From a virus (taxonomy: Duplodnaviria; Caudoviricetes): 64,000 nt of DNA. The position numbers and the translations under genes were made by a program. The stretch is from positions 42,710 through 106,709 of the IMG/VR virus record IMGVR_UViG_3300014204_005796. One strand, written 5' to 3'. Of this stretch, positions 58,023 to 64,000 are shown piece by piece (positions within the stretch are counted from its first letter, which is position 1; each line of letters starts with the position of its first letter). The notes under the pieces were generated by a model, which saw only the letters and a program-made list of their open reading frames with translations, did not search any database and had not been told where the DNA came from.

Positions 58023-58327
58023 TCTTTCTCCATTTCTGCCACCATATCCTTAAGCGGCTTTGAGTGATATTGGTACGCCGTTAACATTCTTCTGCCAATG
58101 AACACAAAAATCATGTCTCCGTATTTCTTAATCTGGCCTAAGTACCGGCCGCGTTTAAAGCTTGTGAGTGTTTCGCCTTCGTTAAATGCCCGCTTTGTAA
58201 CCGTCTTGCCGCGTTCCTTCTTCATATTAAATCTCTGTCTTAGCCTGGAAAAACCATGTACCGTAATTATTGGAGTTATCCATGTGCTCATAAAACCTCC
58301 TTTACTGGTGTTCCACCGGGAGTTCAT
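57977..58327 (-). CDS. Basic hypothetical protein (HxxxRxxxR, possible RNase-like fold)
   Basis: ITVHGFSRLRQRF...FVF...LTAY. Confidence 0.4.
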   Translation of the reverse strand: MNSRWNTSKGGFMSTWITPIITVHGFSRLRQRFNMKKERGKTVTKRAFNEGETLTSFKRGRYLGQIKKYGDMIFVFIGRRMLTAYQYHSKPLKDMVAEMEKECVQEHSSSACSVSS

Positions 58328-58652
58328 TAAGCAAGTCTTTCAATACTTTCTTTACGTCTTCCACAGTTTTAGCCTCGTCTATCTTTTCCATAAGTCGGTC
58401 TTTGGAATACTCATCCATTACGTATATTCCCGCCATAGATCCTCCTTATATATCAAGTTTTACTACCTGCATGAACAAAAGATTATTCTTTAAAGCATAA
58501 CGCTTTGCCTGGCTTGGCGTATCAAATATCTTTATATATTCCTTCCCCGGACCTAGTATGGCTTGAATATATCTTTGCGCTATGTGATATTCGTCTGCGC
58601 TTTTCCATAGCAAAATATACTTTTCGTTCTTCCTTGCCATAGATCCTCCTTA

Positions 58653-58811
58653 TTAAAATTTAATCTTGCGGCCTTTAGGTCTGTCCTTATTGATCTTTTT
58701 TGTAAACTTCACCAGATCCTTGTCGTCCCTGGGCAAACTTCCTCCGTTCGCCTTGAATTTTTTGATCAGCTTCAAAAAATCGTCTCCCTTACTTCCAGGT
58801 TTAATTGCCAT
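58653..58811 (-). CDS. Small basic protein downstream of tRNA-Tyr
   Basis: TGAAAGGAGA SD after the CCA. Confidence 0.6.
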   Translation of the reverse strand: MAIKPGSKGDDFLKLIKKFKANGGSLPRDDKDLVKFTKKINKDRPKGRKIKF

Positions 58812-58829
58812 CGTTTCTCCTTTCAAATT

Positions 58830-58917
58830 TGGTGGCGAAGGTTGGAGTCGAACCAACAGGGCCCCGAAGGACAACTGGTTTACAGCCAGCCCCCGCTCCC
58901 TACGGGTCTACCTCGCC
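58830..58917 (-). tRNA. tRNA-Tyr(GTA)
   Basis: GCTGG-CTGTAAA-CCAGT; long variable arm; CCA. Confidence 0.92.
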
Positions 58918-58974
58918 ACAACTTTATATAGACTTCCTTTTATTAAAAACTCTGCCCGATGCAACAGGCTTATC

Positions 58975-60108
58975 TTACGCCGAGGAACTCACGTTAAAAC
59001 CTACGAGGCGTTCCTTTTCTTCTGACGAAAGTTTAAGATCTGTCGTCTTAACCGCCTTGGCCACGCTTTTATAAATGAAAACCTTCTTCCTCACATTATC
59101 CAAGGTGGCGAAGGGTACGTCCTCTTTGTCCAAAAACTTATTAAAATCTTCCAGCTTAAACTTATGTTTTAAAACTTCCTCTACAAGCGGCTTAATCCAC
59201 AGCTTAAGGTACTGCTCCTTTTGTTCACGTGTAGGATAACCTATAAATAACTTTTCGTCAGACCTACCATCGCGCAGTAACGCCTTGTCCAGTATGTTCG
59301 GGTTGTTTGCTGTCATTACAACCACGTAGTTATTAAGTCTCTCCGCACCGTCCAGTAATGTCAGGACACGTGAAAAAATTGGATCCTTTCTCGAGTAAAT
59401 TGTGTTATCCCGCTGTGACATTGCTGTATCAATATCTTCCAAGATGTACAAACTGTCAAACGTGTTATTACTAAAATTAAAATTTGAGTCTAATACTGTG
59501 TCCCAGGTCAGTATAGCAACGTTACGCCTTGTCATCTCACTGCGCAACCACGCTATGAGTGAAGACTTTCCGCATCCAGGCGGCCCGTACAAAAGCAAAC
59601 AGCGTTTATTCTTCATGTGATGCTTCTTAAATAACGCGCGCAAGTCCTTGTCAAATAAAAAATCAAGCGTTGAAGTGCGAAACCTGTCTTTAATATCCTG
59701 GTCCATAACAATACGCTCCCACGGTAGTGCGGTCTCATTCTGGTCACGTATCTTCTGCATGGCTCCCGTAAGCTTATTATGCATACTTAGCGGATATAGC
59801 AAAGCTGAGGTCATGTGTTGTGACCGCGCCCACGAATCTACGATATAAAGAACCGGTACATCACCGAGTTTAAATGACGTTGGGTGTGCATAGCCAGTCT
59901 CACCCCCGGTATATGTTAGCATCTGCGCGAAATATTCCGGATAGTGGATTATATCTGTCGCGTTCTCCAGCAATTCTTTTTTTCCCATCTCCGGAGTAGC
60001 TATGCCCAGTTTAATCTTTTTGCCGAAAATCTTATGCGCCAATTCCATATGGTAACGCTTTACTACGTCGTTACCAGCAGACCCGGCTTTATCACAGGTG
60101 TCGCACAT
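58975..60108 (-). CDS. AAA ATPase (classical clade)
   Basis: GPPGCGKS, ILEDID, MTAN, LDKALLRDGRSD. Confidence 0.9.
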   Translation of the reverse strand: MCDTCDKAGSAGNDVVKRYHMELAHKIFGKKIKLGIATPEMGKKELLENATDIIHYPEYFAQMLTYTGGETGYAHPTSFKLGDVPVLYIVDSWARSQHMTSALLYPLSMHNKLTGAMQKIRDQNETALPWERIVMDQDIKDRFRTSTLDFLFDKDLRALFKKHHMKNKRCLLLYGPPGCGKSSLIAWLRSEMTRRNVAILTWDTVLDSNFNFSNNTFDSLYILEDIDTAMSQRDNTIYSRKDPIFSRVLTLLDGAERLNNYVVVMTANNPNILDKALLRDGRSDEKLFIGYPTREQKEQYLKLWIKPLVEEVLKHKFKLEDFNKFLDKEDVPFATLDNVRKKVFIYKSVAKAVKTTDLKLSSEEKERLVGFNVSSSA

Positions 60109-60122
60109 ACAGCCTCCTTAGG

Positions 60123-61169
60123 TTAATGAAAGTCTGTCATTTCCTTATCCAGGAGGTAATCCGGATTGATTACCTTCAGAATAACACGTCCGCACTTATG
60201 GTCATAGCGTTCCTTAATAGGCTTTATCACAACGCCTTCTTTCTTATGAGAAGCGAGCGTTGATTCTCCCGTGGCCAGCGCTTTTACACGCGCCAGGTCA
60301 AACGGCGCCGCGTCAATCAGCGGTACCGAGTCAAAGCCCAATAGCGCAACTGTATCTTTCATCATAGCATAATCTAAGTAATTATCTTCATACTTTATGT
60401 CAAAGAACCGTATGTCTACGTCGTTTAAGTCGTACTCCATGCCCTTCTGGACGCCTTTGCCGTACAACTCTCCATAGAATACGTAGCCCTTCAAATGTTT
60501 GGTCTTTTCCTTCAGTCCGAGCTTTTTCGCTGTTTCCACAAAGACACTCTTTGAGTTATAATCCAGCTGGCAATTATGCGAGCCTACAATAAATTCATAG
60601 GGCGCAAAAATTGCCTTGATACGGTCCCAAAGGTTCCGCGGATCTTTCCTTACCCAGCCTGCCCGAAATGACATTCCGTGAATTTTTTCAGTGGCAATCA
60701 CTAACTCATCATCTTTAAATACGTTTGGATAGTTATTTATGTTTTCAATATCAGTATACTTGGCGAAGTTGCTGTTTTGTTTACGCAGCCTTCCGCCGGT
60801 CTTTACACCCGGCTCTCTTACCGGAGGTGGTTCCCATTTAGTCACGCCCAGCTTTGCCGCAAGGTCCCCGCCGAGCGGTGCATTCAAATCGTTTGGCACA
60901 ATAAAACCGTAAGAAAGAGATCCGCGCAGCTTTACAGCCCTTACGCGCTCGCCATTTTTAAGGTAACCAATGTTATACTTCTGGATCAAGGACTCCGGTA
61001 CTATAGAGTCTACCGGAATGTATATTGCCAGGTCTCCAACTTTGAACTCGTCGTTCTTAATGATACACGCCCATAGCAGGTCCTCGAACTCAGCAATCGA
61101 CAATGTGTCTGCGTTCGGGTGTTTCGTGATGTTCTTGATCTTCACTACCGGTACTGTAAATGTGCTCAT
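60123..61169 (-). CDS. ATP-dependent RNA ligase, DRB0094 family
   Basis: HPNADTL N-terminal OB module, TEKIHG, YGELYG, FFDI, KEGVVIK, LKVIN. Confidence 0.9.
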   Translation of the reverse strand: MSTFTVPVVKIKNITKHPNADTLSIAEFEDLLWACIIKNDEFKVGDLAIYIPVDSIVPESLIQKYNIGYLKNGERVRAVKLRGSLSYGFIVPNDLNAPLGGDLAAKLGVTKWEPPPVREPGVKTGGRLRKQNSNFAKYTDIENINNYPNVFKDDELVIATEKIHGMSFRAGWVRKDPRNLWDRIKAIFAPYEFIVGSHNCQLDYNSKSVFVETAKKLGLKEKTKHLKGYVFYGELYGKGVQKGMEYDLNDVDIRFFDIKYEDNYLDYAMMKDTVALLGFDSVPLIDAAPFDLARVKALATGESTLASHKKEGVVIKPIKERYDHKCGRVILKVINPDYLLDKEMTDFH

Positions 61170-61359
61170 CGTTTCTCCCTTCAGGTTTTATTCCATTAAC
61201 ATATACTCCGTGAAATTCTACGCCTTCCCATGAACTAAATTTTAGTACACCACGCTTCTTTGGTATCCGCTGCGGATGTAATATTTCCTGTACTATCTCA
61301 ACATCCTGACGCAACGGTAGAGAACCTGCATATTCTTTGGGACCCAACACTACCTTCAT
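61090..61359 (-). CDS. Hypothetical protein with PQxIPK motif
   Basis: LHPQRIPKKR; AAGGAG SD. Confidence 0.6.
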   Translation of the reverse strand: MKVVLGPKEYAGSLPLRQDVEIVQEILHPQRIPKKRGVLKFSSWEGVEFHGVYVNGIKPEGRNDEHIYSTGSEDQEHHETPERRHIVDC

Positions 61360-61382
61360 AGAGTCTCCTTTATGTATAAAAC

Positions 61383-61411
61383 AGTATAACACGCCAACGT
61401 TGTTCTGTCAA
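61383..61411 (-). promoter_or_regulatory. Sigma70-type promoter
   Basis: TTGACA-N17(TG)-TATACT. Confidence 0.75.
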
Positions 61412-61495
61412 TTAAAAAACTTCAAAATCTCGAGTTAAAATATCCACGATATCTTTACCCTTTGCTGGCCCAAACCGCTTACTTTTCTTTTTCAT
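61412..61495 (-). CDS. 27-aa micropeptide downstream of tRNA-Ser(GCT)
   Basis: MKKKSKRFGPAKGKDIVDILTRDFEVF; TGAAAGGAGA SD. Confidence 0.5.
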   Translation of the reverse strand: MKKKSKRFGPAKGKDIVDILTRDFEVF

Positions 61496-61512
61496 AGTAT
61501 CTCCTTTCAGTT

Positions 61513-61598
61513 TGGCGGAGGACGAGGGACTCGAACCCCCAAGCCCCAGAGGGCGCCTCGTTAGCAACGAGGCCGATTACCAATTATCGTAGTCCTCC
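61513..61598 (-). tRNA. tRNA-Ser(GCT)
   Basis: CCTCG-TTGCTAA-CGAGG; long variable arm; G73; CCA. Confidence 0.93.
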
Positions 61599-62504
61599 TT
61601 AACGTTTACCAATAATCTCATATATATCTTTTACCTGGAACCCTGAAGCCTTAATATGCCCGCCGCCCCCATGTTTCTTGGCTATAGCAGACAAATCAAT
61701 ATCTGGTTTATCTGTGTACAATGATATTGTCCAATACTTGTTCTCTACAAGCTGGAACGACATCATCGCGTCATACTTTGTGTTATTCCAACGGCTTTTA
61801 AATCTCGGAGATCCCTTGCCACCATTTACCACTAGGAACTTTAAACCTTCAAAGTCTAGTTCAAAAGCATTGTTCATCAGGCTGCGGTCCATCTTATCCT
61901 GGTATTCTATCAGAGTCTTGCCGCGCCCTATCGTGGTCTCTACGAATTCGTTTTCATTCGTATCCGCTACCGTGTCAAACACCCGTTGCCAAAAGATCCA
62001 TCCGTCCCTAGTCACCGGATTGGTTGATAAAGACTGCATACCCATTTGAAACGGTGTCACTTCATTTTCCCAATCTGAATCTAGGTTATTGTTATTCCAA
62101 TTATCCCATTCGCTTATTAGGTGGATGATCTTTGAATGCCCATACTCTTTAGAAAAGAGCGCGTCCCATACGATCCGGCAAGCGGCCCTGGTTCCTACTT
62201 CGTATACACCTTTGATCTTAGCTGCAGTTAAAGGCTCTATTGGAGTCTTGTGGTGATCATACACCGTAAGATCACAGCGCTTGCTAAGCTCCACGGTCTT
62301 CTCATAAGGCTGGATCGTGTAATCAACCATATACACCGTGGATCCGTCCGCAATCTTACTGGTATCATACTCCATGCCATAGTCTATTGGCACCATCTTA
62401 AAGTCCGTGTCTTCCTTCTTTCCCTGATCCTCCAGGAACTTCCTTACTATAGCGCCGCTGCAATGCCCATCTAAATCACTTATGTGATAAAATACGTACG
62501 TCAT
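61599..62504 (-). CDS. DHH/DHHA1 family phosphoesterase
   Basis: DLDG, VDY, DHH, GGGHIKASG. Confidence 0.9.
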   Translation of the reverse strand: MTYVFYHISDLDGHCSGAIVRKFLEDQGKKEDTDFKMVPIDYGMEYDTSKIADGSTVYMVDYTIQPYEKTVELSKRCDLTVYDHHKTPIEPLTAAKIKGVYEVGTRAACRIVWDALFSKEYGHSKIIHLISEWDNWNNNNLDSDWENEVTPFQMGMQSLSTNPVTRDGWIFWQRVFDTVADTNENEFVETTIGRGKTLIEYQDKMDRSLMNNAFELDFEGLKFLVVNGGKGSPRFKSRWNNTKYDAMMSFQLVENKYWTISLYTDKPDIDLSAIAKKHGGGGHIKASGFQVKDIYEIIGKR

Positions 62505-62515
62505 GTTGTCTCCTT

Positions 62516-62707
62516 TCAGTGAGACTTTCTTCTGTATTTGCACGCCTTCTGTCTTTTTCTGTCAATATCCCGGGACCTATTATCTATCCCGCCATGCAGC
62601 GGACAGTACGTACACTTCCCAGTTGCATGGCATATCACTTGTCTGTAGAGCTTCTTGTGCGCGGACGAATTTACTTCTTCTTTTATTCCACGACTGTTTA
62701 AACTCAT
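62516..62707 (-). CDS. Small basic Cys/His protein
   Basis: SD directly after the tRNA CCA; CTYCPLH. Confidence 0.55.
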   Translation of the reverse strand: MSLNSRGIKEEVNSSAHKKLYRQVICHATGKCTYCPLHGGIDNRSRDIDRKRQKACKYRRKSH

Positions 62708-62720
62708 AAGACTCCTTATT

Positions 62721-62806
62721 TGGTGGAAGCAGAGTGACTCGAACGCTCAAGCGGTTTCCCGCGCTGGTTTTCAGGACCAGGCCCTTACCATTAGGGTTAT
62801 GCTTCC
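62721..62806 (-). tRNA. tRNA-Ser(TGA), atypical (C33, A73)
   Basis: CTGGT-CCTGAAA-ACCAG; long variable arm; CCA. Confidence 0.8.
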
Positions 62807-62810
62807 ATTA

Positions 62811-62887
62811 TGGTGCACATTGAAAGGCTCGAACTTTCGACCTCCTGCTTGTAAGGCAGGCGCTCTAACCAACTGAGCTAAACGCGC
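62811..62887 (-). tRNA. tRNA-Val(TAC) with G3:U70
   Basis: CCTGC-CTTACAA-GCAGG; acceptor GCGCGTT/AATGTGC-A-CCA. Confidence 0.92.
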
Positions 62888-63192
62888 TATTCTTCAAGTA
62901 ATTTTTTAATCTTCGACTCCCTGGAATCCTCAACTACGTCGCCAAACAAGTTCATATGCGCAAGTGCTTTCTTATTTATATATGTGTCTCCTATTCTTTC
63001 CACTAATGTCCAAGGCTTACGCTTAGGTATGGTCTGAGGATGTACACGCTGCCGAGCCCGCATGCGCTCACCAAAACCAAATATACCTGGCTGAAAAGTT
63101 CCCACTAAACCACCCCTAGGCATGGTAAAAGGCAAAGCACTGCCCGTAGGGAGATCCGGAGGAATAGTAATAATTTTAGATTTTTTATTCAT
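62887..63192 (-). CDS. Hypothetical protein with PQxIPK motif
   Basis: VHPQTIPKRK; TGAAAGGAGA SD after the CCA. Confidence 0.65.
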   Translation of the reverse strand: MNKKSKIITIPPDLPTGSALPFTMPRGGLVGTFQPGIFGFGERMRARQRVHPQTIPKRKPWTLVERIGDTYINKKALAHMNLFGDVVEDSRESKIKKLLEE

Positions 63193-63210
63193 AAGCTCTC
63201 CTTTCAGTTT

Positions 63211-63286
63211 TGGAGCGGACTATGCAGCTCGAACGCATACCCAAAGAGTAGCACTCTATTATGCTAACCATTAACACCAAGCCCGC
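63211..63286 (-). tRNA. Atypical tRNA: Gly-type acceptor with GCT anticodon
   Basis: GCGGGCT/AGTCCGC-T-CCA, short variable loop, anticodon arm ATAGA-GTGCTAC-TCTTT. Confidence 0.75.
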
Positions 63287-63295
63287 AGCTATAAT

Positions 63296-63324
63296 ATAAT
63301 AGCATACTGGCCGGTGAATGTCAA
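63296..63324 (-). promoter_or_regulatory. Sigma70-type promoter of the tRNA cluster
   Basis: TTGACA-N17(TG)-TATTAT, about 10 nt upstream of the first tRNA. Confidence 0.75.
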
Positions 63325-63331
63325 GCTCGAA

Positions 63332-64000
63332 TTACCACCAAATAGGGATTGGCGTCGGGGTCGTATATGCACCATAAGGGCCTCTAGTACACGTACGCGT
63401 AGGTGACGGACCATACGTTGGTGTGCGCGTGGGAGTTCTAGACGTCCACTGCGCTGACGGGTAGCGTGTTTTGGTAACTGTGGCCGTGTACGTGGGCCGC
63501 CTGGTACGCGTACCTGTAGGTGTAAAAGTCTTTGTAGGCTGGCGTGTTTTAGTTATTGTAGGTGTTACTGTATATGTTGGAGTCACAGTATATGTTGGAG
63601 TCACAGTAAATGTTGGTGTTACTGTTTCAGTTACTGTAGGTGTTACTGTTTCAGTTACTGTAGGTGTTACTGTCTCAGTCACTGTAGGTGTTACTGTTTC
63701 AGTCACTGTAGGTGTTACTGTTTCAGTCACTGTAGGTGTTACTGTTTCAGTTACTGTAGGTGTTACTGTTTCAGTTACTGTAGGTGTTACTGTTGGTGTT
63801 ACTGTCGGTGAAGCAACGTTTATTTCCTCACTTGCCTCTATTGTGGGCACACCGTCCGCTTGCATAGATGCTGTGTTTGTAAATAATCCTACAAGTGTAG
63901 TTTTAAGCGTGCCCCACCATTTACGAATAACGCCAAAAGCGTTTGTAGTATTACCCTCATTCCAAGTCACAACGCCATTGTTAGTAGTTCCGCTATTATC
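63332..64000 (-). CDS. Thr/Pro-rich repeat protein, 5'-partial
   Basis: Frame is open to the window end; (TETVTPTV)n repeats. Confidence 0.75.
   Translation of the reverse strand, partial: DNSGTTNNGVVTWNEGNTTNAFGVIRKWWGTLKTTLVGLFTNTASMQADGVPTIEASEEINVASPTVTPTVTPTVTETVTPTVTETVTPTVTETVTPTVTETVTPTVTETVTPTVTETVTPTVTETVTPTFTVTPTYTVTPTYTVTPTITKTRQPTKTFTPTGTRTRRPTYTATVTKTRYPSAQWTSRTPTRTPTYGPSPTRTCTRGPYGAYTTPTPIPIWW
63552..63810. repeat. Coding tandem repeat, about 7 x 24 nt plus 18-nt variants
   Basis: ggtgttactgtttcag(t/c)actgta-type units encoding TETVTPTV. Confidence 0.9.

Noticed and set aside
8545-62876. Numerous plus-strand ORFs of 60-230 aa in the ORF track beyond 7.4 kb, and minus-strand ORFs inside 1-7.3 kb
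   Set aside because: They are antisense shadows of well-supported genes on the other strand, lack SD sites and show the Ser/Phe/Leu-rich composition typical of shadows.
55316-63286. Theta/HDV-like ribozymes in tRNA 3' trailers
   Set aside because: The trailers are short RBS leaders or the next tRNA, leaving no room for a ribozyme fold; CCA is genomically encoded.
63552-63810. Regular 24-nt repeats as a CRISPR array
   Set aside because: The repeats are contiguous with no spacers and encode an in-frame Thr/Pro repeat.
1-64000. Stop-codon reassignment as in some large phages
   Set aside because: Known enzymes are full length in the standard code, TAA, TAG and TGA all serve as stops, and no suppressor tRNA was seen.

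Overview
A 64-kb segment of a large tailed dsDNA bacteriophage, probably myovirus-like and probably infecting an anaerobe (NrdG, very strong GGAGGTGA Shine-Dalgarno sites). It uses the standard genetic code. Positions 1-7.4 kb carry plus-strand structural genes: a baseplate J-like protein, a baseplate/tail protein and a 1267-aa helical protein. Everything from 7.4 to 64 kb is on the minus strand. That part encodes a sigma factor, RtcB, NrdG, ATP-dependent DNA ligase, GIY-YIG and HNH endonucleases, a Gp88-like protein, a MoxR AAA+/vWA-metallopeptidase pair, Hsp20, a nucleoside deoxyribosyltransferase-like protein, dCMP deaminase, a GT4 glycosyltransferase, a macrodomain, two phosphoesterases, an AAA ATPase, a DRB0094-family RNA ligase, 10 intact tRNA-like genes and one split tRNA. 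The main unexplained signals are these. (1) About 24 otherwise dissimilar small and medium proteins share a helix motif [AGPS]-x-S-[ST]-x-x-[FML]-x-x-E-[KNQ], concentrated downstream of the MoxR/vWA-peptidase pair; I propose a modular common-dock/variable-effector system (inference). (2) A second short motif, PQxIPK[RK], occurs in 7 proteins. (3) A ~22-kb block is almost free of GATC and ends in a terminus-like non-coding region. (4) A tRNA gene is broken by an HNH cassette that carries a complete tRNA-Gln. (5) Some tRNAs have conflicting identity elements: a Gly body with a GCT anticodon, and a Val tRNA with G3:U70. (6) A 26-33 bp oriented repeat sits at four gene ends. All calls come from motif recognition and manual reading; no searches were run.
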